Below, in pieces: positions 23,918-36,452 of a DNA stretch of 64,000 nucleotides (position 1 is its first letter; each line of letters starts with the position of its first letter). The notes under the pieces are model-generated. The model worked only from the letters and a program-made list of their open reading frames with translations, was not told the DNA's origin and made no database searches. Position numbers and translations under genes: made by a program. Location of the stretch: contig NC_043001.1 in assembly GCF_006345805.1 (NCBI RefSeq), positions 82,956,001 to 83,020,000 on the forward strand, read 5' to 3'. The DNA is from Octopus sinensis (taxonomy: Eukaryota).

Positions 23918-24591
23918 TATACACACACACATGCACACACACACACACACACACATACTATCACACACATACATACACATTCATACACACACGCATACAA
24001 ACTCACTCACGCACTTACACATTTATACATATATCATTAAAAGTGTTATAATATAAAGAAAATACACAACGCCTTTATTCCAGCTTGCGCATCTATTCCC
24101 CAGTTCATTTTCATCTCGTTCATTTAAGGAATTCTCTCAACCCGGAAGATTTTTATTGTAATTTAAATACAGTATTGCGTCAAAGATAATTCTCACAAGC
24201 TCATTATGCTTCTCATCTTCTAGATGATTGATGCTACACTACTCTACACTTGATCTGTCTCAAAATGAAGGTCATTAAAATGAGGTCCTTTGTCTGGTAA
24301 ATCACGAATCGTAAAAACCACGGCGTCATTCGTCCTGGATGTTTTCTTCGCTTTTTCTTTAGTTCAGTTTTTTCTTTGTGGTGGGGAGGTCTCTTTTCTC
24401 TTCTACCTTTTGCACCGTCACAGAGAGCTTGCCAAATCTGTTGTTCACGATCTCCACTTTGAATAGTATTATGGAAAAGAATTTCTCCGGTCAACTTGTC
24501 GAACACTGCATTTGAGAATACGTATGAGGCAAGTTTCCGGCCATCTTCAGTGCTGAAAATCTCTCAGTAACATACAACTAACTTTATTAAC

Positions 24592-25140
24592 GTGGAGGCA
24601 CATGGCCTAGTGGTTAGAGCACTAGAGTGGTTAGGCGGCGAGCTGGTAGAAACGTTCGCAGACCGGGCGAAATGCTTTGCAGTATTTCGTCTGCCGCTAC
24701 GTTCTGAGTTCAAATTCCGCCGAGGTCGACTTTGCCTTTCATCATTTCGAGGTCGATAAATTAAGTACCAGTGAAACACTGGGGTCGGTATAATCGACTT
24801 AATCCGTTTGTCTGTCCTTGTTTGTTCTCTCTGTGTTTAGCCCCTTGTGGGTAGTAAAGAAATAGGTTAGAGCAGAGGACACGCGGTCGAGGGATCGCGG
24901 GTTCGAATCTCAGACCGGGTGATGTGTGTGTTTATTAGCAAAACACCTAAGCTCCACGCGGCTCTAGCAGAAGGTAATGGCGAACTTCTGCTCACTCTTT
25001 CGCTACAACTTTCTCTCACTCTTTCCTCCTGCATCTAGCAGCTCACCGGCGTCCCATCCAGGTGAGGAGCCTATACGGTACTGAAACCGGGAAACTGGCC
25101 TATTATGAGCCAGGCATGTCTTGAGAAGGAACAAACAACT
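24592..25140 (+). mobile_element. CORE-like SINE (family C) interrupted at its A box by a full SINE A (~24635-24867)
   Basis: GTGGAGGCACATGGCCTAGTGGTTAGAGC | SINE A | GGTTAGAGCAGAGGAC..GGTTCGAATCTC. The target ggtta(gagc) is repeated on both sides. Confidence 0.8.
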
Positions 25141-25399
25141 TTATTAACAAAAGGAAAAAAAATTAACAACTGTTTAAGGATGTATGATGAATATTTTAAT
25201 GTGAGTTCAATGCGAGCACGCTACGAAATTAATGCAACTTTAAGAACCGGTGTCTCCTCAAAAGGTTAACTCTTAACAAAATACCCGCCTCGTATTGCTA
25301 GCTTCCAATAATATAAAAATTAGATTAAAAAGAAAGCGCTGGACAAATGAACAATTGATGTGTTACCCTTATATACTTACAATACAACCATATTATATC

Positions 25400-26450
25400 T
25401 GATACACGAGCATCACGTAGGCGGTATTGAGAAGAAAAGAGAAGTTAGAAGAAGAAAAAATGTACCCAGACTCGCGAATATATATGTATATTCATAATCA
25501 ATAAAAATGCTATTAGCAGGAAAAGAATATCTACATCAATACATACTGAAAATATAACGAAATATGAGATCACACACGCAAAAAGATAAGCTTTCACATC
25601 CTAAATGAAAGCATTATTGTAGAAGGCATTATACTCAAAACATATAAGCCCCCACAAAAGGAAGTATATAACAGAATAGAAACCACCACGTATACAATGA
25701 ACGAGCTCTGAAAATACAGTGAAAATACTATAGAACTCACTATATATGAAAAAATAAATCTAGGCGCTAGAGGAAAAAAAAAATATATATATAAGACTCA
25801 GAAAATAAAAGGAAAAAAAACTAAAATCTAAAATGCGTATGAAAACCACACATGTCTCTATTGAAACATTCAACCCAGCTAGAAGAAAAAAACTTAACTT
25901 TGACCCCACACTTAATAATAAACAAAATAAATACGTATAATAGATCAATCAGAGTTAACATTGGAAAGAATCTAATGGAAGCAATAAAGAAACTAGAAGA
26001 TAGAATAACAAAACCTATGAATATAGACCAACTGAAACCTCTGTCCGTACTTCACACAAATAAACAGTCCTGCGAAAGAATGACTACACATAACAAGGCT
26101 CTGTCCTCGGAAACAAAATATCCGAACAACAACGGCTTTAATCGATTCAGTAGCCATAAGTGTATCGAGGAAAACAAGGATTGACCCTAACAAAATGAGA
26201 ACCACTTCAGAAAAACCTCACAAACAAAGGACGGGCTGTATGACGTAATCTTAGATATATCGTATATGAGAAATATACAGAACAGTCACGGATGAAACAT
26301 CTTTGATTTTAGAGTTTCACCATTATATTTGATATGGGGATAAGGAGCTTGATTATAAGTATTGCTCAAATACAGCTGTGTTATGCATATCTCCTCACTT
26401 GCTGTAAAACTAAAATCTGAGTATTATCTTTTTAGCAAAACTAGCTATGT
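25400..26450 (+). mobile_element. Heavily degraded Penelope-like element (post-RT linker and GIY-YIG trace)
   Basis: FNP....SIRVNIGKNLMEAIKK...HNKAL resembles the PLE FNPP...V.TNIG..FL...HN..L linker, and an IVY motif lies downstream. Many frameshifts. Confidence 0.5.
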
Positions 26451-26849
26451 ATATTTCATATTTTATGTATACACATAGTTGATAGGCCAGTTACTGCAGT
26501 ATTGTCCCGAAATAATATCATTTATGGAGTTGCTGTGTTTATAAAACGAAAAATAAATATAAGAGGAAGACGGAAATTCGTCCCAGCAACGGTCAGCGCA
26601 AACGCCGGATTCATTTCAGCATCTTGGGTATTACAATGGCCTGTACCCGCGGCCAGCCATGTGCTTAGACGAGAATTTCTCGCCTCTGATACAGCAAAAG
26701 AGAATTAGACATTCACTGATGTTGCAAATAGCTGCCAACCTGAATAAAAATCCTGTGTACGCAACGTTAAACATGATATGTAGATGACTATTTTAATTTA
26801 ATATTGCTTCTATTGCGTATACCGAATAAGAAAAAAACTAAAAGAAGCA

Positions 26850-27345
26850 TGGTAGCACAGTCGTTAGAACGCCGTATCAAATGCTTAGCGGTATTTCGTC
26901 CATCTAAACGCTCCGGGTGAAAATTCCACTGAGTTCTATTTTGCTTTTATCTTTTCGCGGTCGATGAAATATAAGTACCGTTTGAGAACTGGGATCGATG
27001 TAATCGGCTTGTCTCAGTCTTAGAAATCTGAGATAGTTTAGTAGTTAGGCTATTCGGCTCACATCCGTAAGGTCGAGAGTTAGTTTCCTGATAGCACGTT
27101 GTGTCCTTGAGCTAGACACTTTATTTCACGTTGCTCCAGTTCAGTCAGTTGGTAAAAATGAGTTATACCTGTATTTCAAAGGACCAACCTTGTCACATTC
27201 TGTGTCACGCTGAATCTCTCTGAGAACTATACTAACGGCACATGTGTCTGTGGAGCGCTCAGTTATCTATACGTTAATTTTGCGATGCGGCTGATCTGTT
27301 GATCGGATCAACTGGAACCCACGTCGTCATAACCGACGAAGTGGC
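26850..27345 (+). mobile_element. Diverged SINE A followed by a CORE-like SINE C
   Basis: The SINE C core TTGTGTCCTTGAGCTAGACACTTTATTTCACGTTGCTCCAGTTCAGTCAG lies at ~27100, and its tail matches the reverse complement of 55630-55800. Confidence 0.75.
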
Positions 27346-28706
27346 AATAAGAACCCTACTATCCTTGGTTCGTCAGGCGACGAAGACTGAGACTGATGCT
27401 GATTTTGATAGAATGCTACTGGAAAGAGGATGTTTCTCGGTCGCATCCCAGATTAAAGAGTTGTCTCTCAGAATGGGAATGTTATGATATCGTTTGATCT
27501 CTTGCTGTCTGCTCGGTCAAACCTTGCCAGCTCTAGTCGCATAGAAAACTCTGCGTTCTCCATTAGATTTCTTTTCAAACTTATAATGATGAAAACATTC
27601 TTGATCCTAGTCTCCCGGTCCATCAGCCTACCTAGTCTGAGCAGTGTCGGAATGGCTATCCTTAGAAATGAGCGAAATGAGGCAGTGATGTGGAATAGCT
27701 CTTTCACCGCATCGCTGTCGCTATTCATCAGTGTGAATCATTCGCCGAATTCTTTTCTGAGATTACGAAATAATTGCGTGACTCGTGATATAATAAAATT
27801 CTCTTACTGGATAAAATTCATTGCTTTTTACAGCAAGTTTAGAGATATGCATTATGTGTATTTGTATTTGTAACAGAACATCTAATGAAGTTCCTTATAC
27901 TACTATCAAATATGATTGAGAAAATCTTTAACGAAGGATGTTTCAATTGTGACTGTTTCTTCATTCAGAAAGAAAATCCTGCTGCGTTTCAAAATGGGAT
28001 ATGAACAAAAGCTTCTTTGGTCTTAATTGATATATTTAATCAAGATAATATTTCCTTTCGTTATTGATAACATAATCCCGTTTACGTAGCAAATGGTTAA
28101 CCCCTCAGTGGCTTTGATGAAGTCATTGAGTGCAACATGTAGAAGGAAAGGGCGTGCAGTGAGGTGACATGACAACGAGCGAAGTCCAAAACGTCTACCT
28201 TAAATCAGAATTAATCTTTGGATTGTTCGCAATTCCGATATGCATGTTTGAGTGAAACAGTCATTGACATCTAGTGTGCCAGTCTGCCTTCATCCTGTAG
28301 TGTTCACCCATGCGCCACTATGCGGTTGGAGGGTAGGGTGAAAAGGCACCAAATTTCCATAAAATAGTATTCTACGGCCATGCAAAAGGAGTGGTACTCT
28401 GGATAATGTGAAAGCATTTTTTTGGTCTCTTGAAGAATCGCAGTTGGCAAGAAGTTCTGAGTTGCGAAAGAGTGAATCATCAGCTTCGAATGAACACGCA
28501 CACACACACATATATGTTTGCATGCATGTAGATGTGTACGTTTGTTTGTATGTATGTATGTATGTATGTATGTATGTAGTATGTATGTATGTATGTATGT
28601 ATGTATGTATGTATGTATATATATATATATATGTGTATGTATGTATGGATGTTTTTAAACGTGTGTGTGTTTATGTGTGTGTGTTTGTGTGTGTTTGTGT
28701 GTGTAT

Positions 28707-28746
<40 letters not shown>

Positions 28747-28931
28747 ATATATTTATGTATGTAAGCATACACTACAAGGCACGAAGAATTCATGAATAGT
28801 TTCGCTTTTATATTTGCTTCGCAGTTTTCTTAATGTGAAATCGAGTGTTGAAACTGATATTGTGGTATTAAAGGAGGATCATACTACCATTAAAAATACA
28901 TGCACGTATTATGTTTCACTTCAGTTTTATT

Positions 28932-29118
28932 CGCAGGAGTGGCTGTGTGCATAAGCGCAGGAGTGGCTGTGTGGTAAGTAGCTTGCTTACCAACCTCATG
29001 GTTCCAGGTTCAGACCCACTGCGTGGCACCTTAGGCAAATGTCTTCTACTATAGCCTTGGGTCGACCAAAGCCTTGTGAGTGGACTTGGTAGACGGAAAC
29101 TGAAAGAAGCCAGTCGTA

Positions 29119-29161
<43 letters not shown>

Positions 29162-29395
29162 ATGTGTGTGTGTGTGTGTGTGTTTGCGTGTCTATGTTTG
29201 TAACCCCCCCCCACCAACATCGCGTGACAACCGATGCTGGTGTGTTTACGCTCTTGTAACTTAGCGGTTCCGCAAAAGAACCGATAGAATAAGTACTAGG
29301 CTTACAAGGAATAAGTCCTGGGGTCGATTTGCTCGACTAAATGCGGTGCTCCAGCGTGGCTGCAGTCAAATGACTGAAACAATTAAAAGAGTAAA
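28932..29395 (+). mobile_element. Family B SINE with duplicated 5' head
   Basis: cgcaggagtggctgtgtg occurs twice in tandem at the 5' end, followed by a full body and tail. Confidence 0.9.
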
Positions 29396-29574
29396 TATAA
29401 CTGAAGTGAAACGTAATCATTGCGTGTAATTTTGTTGATTGTATGACCCTCCGAAAATACAAGATACTGTGGTAAAGCGAGTTGATATTATTGCTACTGT
29501 TGTTGTTCATGTTAATATTACTATTATACCATTATTAACTAACCCCAGCTCAAATAAAAACAACAATCCCAGCT

Positions 29575-30070
29575 GAGGCGGTGAGCCGGCTAAGTTTTTA
29601 GCGCGTCGAACACAATACTTAGCGGTATTTCTCCTGAATCTTCACACTTCGGATTCAATTTCCTTCGAGTCATTCATTCGGAATCATTAAATAAATACCA
29701 GTTGAATACTGGGTCGATACAATTGATTATTTCCTCTTTCCCAAAATTCGTTGACCTTGTACAAAAATTGGTAGCAATTATTTATGAGTTGTTACTGCTG
29801 TTTTTGTTATTGTTATTTTAATTTAACCCCATATTTAATAAAATCAACAATCCCAGATTAAAAGGTGGCTAGCAGGACCGTTAGCGCATCAGACAAAATG
29901 CTTGGTGTAATTTCTTCCGGCTCTTTACATTCTGAGTTCAAATTCCATCGAAGTCGAAGACACTTTCGGAATCGATGAAACAAGTACCATTTAACACCGG
30001 GTTCGATGTAATCGACTCTCGTATTCCTAAGGGGAAATTGCTGGCCTTGTGCCAAAACTTGAAGCAATTA
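29575..30070. mobile_element. Two diverged short-tail SINE A copies
   Basis: Degenerate A/B boxes and ..gtcgat..aatcgac.. cores. Confidence 0.6.
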
Positions 30071-31374
30071 TTTAACCCTAGGTCAACGAATATCAGAGAT
30101 TCCAAACGTGACCACCCTCTGTTTCATTTCTTTAAAAATACCAAGCACCATAGTGTCTTATGCGTTACTATCTCTTTTTTTTTTTAAATCATAAGATTTC
30201 GTAGCTATTTCTGGCAGATCAAGCGTCCGACCATGTCGTGTTTATACGAAATGAAGTTCACATCCTGTCCATTGTCGAAAGAATCTTAAAATGTCAAAAC
30301 AGTTGCGATTCGTTCAAACAATAATGTGCAACATTATTCTACAACTGCAGTAGAATATGCCGCGACAATAACAACATCCGCTGTCGTTAGATCAAGTGAG
30401 TGCACTTAACTGTTTAACATTATATAAATACATCACTCAATTTTATCAAATGTGCTTATGGCTTTTCTAGGCGCTGAAAGCTGATGCATGCTGTTGCATA
30501 TATGCCGCCATAAATGAACTCATATTCAAAGTTAGATGTACATCTGTATATTACTATGCGTCAATAATATAATATGCGTTTGCACAATCCTTTGTACATT
30601 TTAAACGAATTCAATATGAGGAATGTAGATCTAATACTAAATAGATTTGTCAAAGACTGTGATAAAATATTTATGCTTCTATCTTCTTTTATCTATTCTA
30701 GTGGTGTTCGTCTTTGGATTGTGGCCATGCTGGAACTCGGTGTTCCAGTTATACAGTTGATTTTCATCTATCTTAGTTCTTTTCTTGGTAATAATTTATC
30801 GATCGCTATACACGTTTCTGCGTAAAGGGACGTAGGCTAGAATAAATGCAACTAGTTCGTTTTGTACAGCGGTGACAAATACACCAATTTGTCATCGATG
30901 TACACTTGTGTATGGGTGTGAGTGTGTGTGTGTATATGTGTGTGCATTTGTGTGTACGTGTCTCTTTATCTGTCTACACGGGTGTGTATTTGTGCAATTC
31001 TATGTGCATACATATATTGGGTTGGTGCATAATTATTGCGGCTTTTTTTCAACAAATTCTATTCAACAAAAGCAGTAACAATATGTAACAAAAACAGCTT
31101 TAAATTATTATTCCGGAACATATTCACCATCAACTTCAATTGCTGCTTCTTATTTGCTTGGCAGTCAGTCAGACCGCCATTTAGAGATGTTTTCGTTAAA
31201 TATTGTTTTTGCTGAATAAAATTTGTTAAAGAAAAGCTGCAATAATTATGCACTAATCCAATATTATATATAAATTCGGTTATGGACTTTGTAGTGTACC
31301 GCTTGAAACCCGTTCTCTAACTTATGTCGTCAACAGCATGGATGTAAATGGGTCGAAGTGATCGCAATGAAAAA

Positions 31375-31750
31375 TTATCATTTCAAATTTTGCCACAAGG
31401 GTACCAGTTTTGTGGGGAAGGTATAATCGATTACATCGACCCCAGTAATTGACTGGTACTTAATTTATCGACCCCGAACGTATGAAAGGCGTGCTAACCA
31501 TTTTGCCTGTTCGCCGCCTTATCGCAGTGAACAATAATCCTTTCTACTATAAGTACAAGGCCTCAAATTTGGGGGAAGGGATTAAGTCGATTACATCAAC
31601 CCCTGTGCATAACTGGTACTTATATAAACGACTCCGAAAGGATGAAAGGCAAAGTCGACTTCAGTCGAATTTGAACTCAGAACGTTGCAGCAGACGAAAT
31701 ACCGCTAAGCATTTCGCCCAGCGTGCTAACGATTCTGCCAGCTCGCCGCC
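31375..31750 (-). mobile_element. Two short-tail SINE A copies (the first internally deleted)
   Basis: Reverse-complemented core and head (ccgctaagcatttcgcccagcgtgctaacgattctgccagctcgccgcc). Confidence 0.85.
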
Positions 31751-31879
31751 TTACATCGACATGAATTCCATTTTCTCTCTCTTTTATATATATTGCTGTA
31801 TTTCAGGACGGTCATTTGTTTTTTGCAAAATAAATACACGCACTATATTTTTACTTCACTTTTTTATTACTGTTCGGAT

Positions 31880-32627
31880 TTGATTATTTTTACGCATATC
31901 TATTGTCCGGGAAATCTTTCGTCACGCGTCTGTGATCTCTTAAACGACACTTTTCGTTTTCGTGTGTTCATGGTCCACTTACTCCATTCTGTTCTTCTAA
32001 AGTGAGCATCCTTATGTGCGCATATGTTTGTGCCCTTGTTTGAGTGTGTGGGGAGTATCAATGGAGAGAGGAGGTGAGTAGGAGTGAAGAAGGGAAGTAG
32101 GTGTCAGATGAAGAGAGGAAGTAGGTGTCAGATGAAGAAAAGAGGGGATTCGGGTGAAGAGAGGAGGGGAGAGTCAGAGGAAGAGAGGAGGGGAGTTGAG
32201 TCCATGTGGTGCAAAGAAGTGCACAGTGAAGGCGAGAGTCTAGATGGCCCCTGTGTTGTAGTGAATGACCGGTAGAGCGGAAATGGCGCGAGACTGGGGT
32301 GTCATTGATGAGTCTGATGTCTCGGAGTTGTTCCGCGAACCGGTCAGCCAAGCGGCATCCCATTTTGACCGATGTACAGGGAAGGGCAGAAAGAACAGGA
32401 AATGCAGTAAATGACGTTACAAGAAGTGCAGGTAAAGGAGTCGGTGTTGTGATAGGGACAATGATGGGTGCATGTGTGCATGGCGGTGATGGAGAGGTAG
32501 GTCGCAAGGACGGCAGCGTGGGCGGGAGCAGGGGAACGAGCCAGGCTGGGAGGTGGGATTAGGGAAGAAACTGTGGATCAGGAGGTCACACAGGTTGTGG
32601 GCTCGTTTGAAGGAGGGACTGTGTAGG

Positions 32628-32628
<1 letters not shown>
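31880..32628 (-). mobile_element. Penelope-like element 3' relic (zinc finger + GIY-YIG + pseudo-LTR)
   Basis: SFKRAHNLCDLLIHS..PGSFPCSRPRCRPC...FTCTSCNVIYCISCSFCPSLYIGQ..RLADRFAEQLRDIRLINDTPVSRHFRSTGHSLQH across frameshifts. The right end abuts (TA)n. Confidence 0.9.
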
Positions 32629-32629
<1 letters not shown>

Positions 32630-32700
<71 letters not shown>

Positions 32701-32717
32701 TATATATATATATATAT

Positions 32718-32751
<34 letters not shown>

Positions 32752-32757
32752 ATATAT

Positions 32758-32830
<73 letters not shown>
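32630..32830. repeat. (TA)n followed by (GATA)n microsatellite
   Basis: Direct inspection. Confidence 0.97.
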
Positions 32831-32831
<1 letters not shown>

Positions 32832-33073
32832 TTATATTGTTTTATTCAAATGTGAGAAATCAATGGGATGGCTTTTTTTGGCTCAGTTGGTATAGATGAT
32901 AGCCGGAGTAGGAGCCCTTTGTTGCAACTGGGCGATTATCTCACGCAGAAGGATTGATAAGTTTAGCTATGACAGTGACTATCAAACGGAAACCCCACCA
33001 CAACAGACTGGTGCATCCAGGGTTTATATCATTTAAGGCTTCATTAGGTCATATATCAATTAATACAATAGTT

Positions 33074-33225
33074 CAGTCACGGGCAAACTGTGACCTGCGG
33101 GCCTTCTTGAATAACACTACTGACGAAAAATTACCTTGAACTTTTTTTTGGTGGTGCGGCCAGCCTGCTTCAAGAGTTGTCATGTCCCATGCGGCTCGCA
33201 TCTCGATAAAAGTTGCCCATGCTTA
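33074..33225. mobile_element. Possible degraded hAT MITE
   Basis: Imperfect TIRs cagtcacgggcaaact / agttgcccatgctta. No TSD recovered. Confidence 0.4.
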
Positions 33226-33642
33226 CCTTAGCGTCTAGCAAATGGTGTTTTCGTAATTTTGATGAACACATTTATGGATGGCAAGATAATGTAGGTAATA
33301 TTTTATTAAATAGTTCTAGGGGTATTTTTTATTGGTTTTAAATTTTGATTCACTGTAGTGCTTTCCATATATTTTTATGCGTAGTGCACAGTTTCTTTTT
33401 TTTTTCCTTTAGTATTTGATCTCCAGTGTAACATTAAATAAATATAAAATGAAGGAGAAAGAAAAAGAGAAGAACAACAAAAGGAACAAAAACAACAGCA
33501 ACGACAACATGGAGGAGGAGGAGGGACAGGAGAAGAAGAACAACAACATCACCAACAACAAAGGGAACAATAACAGCAACATAGAGGAGGAGGCGGAACA
33601 GAAGAAGAAGAAGAAGAAGAAGAAGAAGAAGAAGAAGAAGAA

Positions 33643-33690
<48 letters not shown>

Positions 33691-33861
33691 ATGATAACGA
33701 TGACGAAGAAGAAAACCACCGATCCAGGATATGGAAGACGACGTGATGGTATATGATCACAAGATTCAGTACGCTGCCGAAGTCCATGCTAACATCAAAC
33801 CAAACCCACTCTTTCTCTCTCTCTCTCTATATATATATTATATCACACACACACACACACA

Positions 33862-33919
<58 letters not shown>

Positions 33920-34413
33920 TATATATATATATATATAATATATATATATGTATGTATACATATATATATGTATATGAATATACACCCATATGCATATAGT
34001 GTATATATAAATGTAAATCTCTCTATATATGTGTTTTATGTGTATATACATATATAGTTGTATGTATATATGTATATGTTTATACGTATATGTATGTGCG
34101 TGTGTGTTTGGTGTGTGTATGTGTGTGTGGATACACACACACACATATATATACATACACACACACATACATATATGCACACACGCGCACACACACAAAA
34201 ACACACATGTAAATATATTGCTGACGTCATATGGATTTTATAAACTTTCTCGAAGCACACACATAAAGCTATAAATAATAGCATGTAAATATTGTTTGAA
34301 AACCCTTGTGGACAGAAAAGGCCGTGGGATGCGAACCCACATCTCCAGCAGCCATGGCAGGTGTTCTATTTCTAAGAATACACATATACATGTGTACGTA
34401 CGTAAATACAGAC

Positions 34414-34458
<45 letters not shown>

Positions 34459-34482
34459 TGTGTGTGTGTATAGGTGTGTGTA

Positions 34483-34530
<48 letters not shown>

Positions 34531-35241
34531 GGTACGCATATATATAGGCGTAGTGGTGTGTGATTCGCCCTCAGTGATATAGATGTGGAGCGAGTCAGTC
34601 TGTCTGCGTGCTGCCCTAGTCTTCAGGTGATTGTGATGACAGGCTTATGGCGAAATTGTCCTCCAACCATAAATTATACGAACTACGGCCGAAATTGTCC
34701 GTATGGGCGGGTAGGCTAACATCCTTCGTATGAGTACGAGCTTGTGAGTGCGAATGCATGCATACGCATCCTGATCTAAGCTAGCTAGCTAACTAAACCA
34801 CCTTTCGCTCCCTAAACATTCTAGCCTGCATATATCTTACCCTTCCTTATTTTTAGGACCATTCCTTTGTCATAAACCCAATGTAACTCAATCCATCTCT
34901 GTCTATCCATTCACTTCCCCTACTATTTTTTTTATCAACAATTATTTGTCTATATTTACAAATGTTCGCAATTCTGGTGGAAAGGTAATAGTAATTGGAA
35001 ATTGTAGCAATGTTTCATTACCCAACCAGACGGACATGTATCAACATGATAGCCAAACCTCAGGATCTTTAGTGAGACACAACTTTATGTATGGATATAC
35101 CTGATGAGACCCAGGCTGTAGAATGGATGCAACACATGTTGAACGGAATTCCACTCATAAAGCACAGTGGCAAGATGGATCAAAATGACAGTCGTGCAAA
35201 ATAAAGATTAATACCAAATCCATCTACTGGTTACTTAAGAA

Positions 35242-35289
<48 letters not shown>

Positions 35290-35374
35290 TATTATTATTA
35301 TTATTATTATTTTATTATTATTATTATTATTATTATCCCAACTAACACTAACAGTGCTTGAAGTAAATTCAACT

Positions 35375-36423
35375 GTAATATACCTCGAATGGGGATGACA
35401 CTAGGCAGCCCAAACTGAGCCGGTGCTCTACTAAACACTTCAACACGCTAATCGACATGTACCCATCAATCCAAAGTATTCCGCTAACATCGGAAGAGAT
35501 GGGCGAGCGGGTTCGCCAAAAGCTCTTGCGAAACCCTAAGAAACCCATAAGAAGAACAGGTCTAGTAATGTAGATTCCTCCAATGACAGTTTCAGGCCAT
35601 AACGGCAGATGACAAGCGAAAGTGTAAAAAATTCTGTGTTGATATGCAAGAGAAACTTGAAGAAACCGAGTTAAAGGAACGTCTTGTTTTCTGTGATGAG
35701 GCCACATTTCGTACGAATGACAAAGTCAATAAGCATAATGTTCGCATTTGGGACGAAGAAAATCCCCATGCCACAGTTGAGCATGAGAGGACTCACCAAA
35801 AGTGAATGTCTTCTGCGCCATCTCCAAGAAGCATCTTCATGGCCTGTTTTTCTTTGAGGGAAATGTTACCGGCGACGTTTATCTGTAAATGCTTCAGAAC
35901 TGGCTAATTGATGAACTCATTACAAATGAACATGAAGACTTCATTTTTCAACAGGACGGGGCTCCACCTCACTGGGAGCTCACTGTGCGGGCTTATCTCA
36001 ATGACAATCAGCGAGTGAGATGGATCGGGCATGCTGGTGATTAAGATAATGTGCTGTTGAAATGGCCGTCACTTTCACTTGACCTGACACCTTGCATATT
36101 TTTTCTCTGGAGTTATATGAAGGGCCTGGTCTATGTCCCCATTCTTCCTGCAAACCTAGAGGACCTCGAGCAGAGAATCACCACCGCACTGGAGACTGTT
36201 ACCCAAGACATGCTGCTGCGTGTTTTGGGAGGAGCTGGACTACCGACTTGACGTTTTTGAAATCACTCATGGAATCCACATACTTTTGAATTTCTCATTC
36301 AAATTTGGAGTAATAAATCGTATGTTGCTCAACAGTAAACGTATGTAGATTCATTTGCTTTGACTATGTAGTTTCTGTGATATTCACATCTCAAATGATA
36401 TCAAATCTTTTGAGTCACCCGTC
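35375..36423 (+). mobile_element. Tc1/mariner transposon relic, rosa (DD41D)-related
   Basis: LVFCDEATF...VNKHNVRIW..ENPH...HERDSPKVNVFCAIS...FFFEG...FIFQQDGAPPHW...WIG...WPSLSLDLTPC.FFLWSYMKGLVY, with stops and frameshifts. A right TIR-like end ttttgagtcaccc.t lies at ~36408-36423. Confidence 0.88.
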
Positions 36424-36452
36424 ATGATAGATCGCCCGGCGTCCTGACGTTT

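Noticed and set aside
35100-35150. CTGATGAG followed by a palindromic ACATGT
   Set aside because: No GAAA core or pairing stem II.
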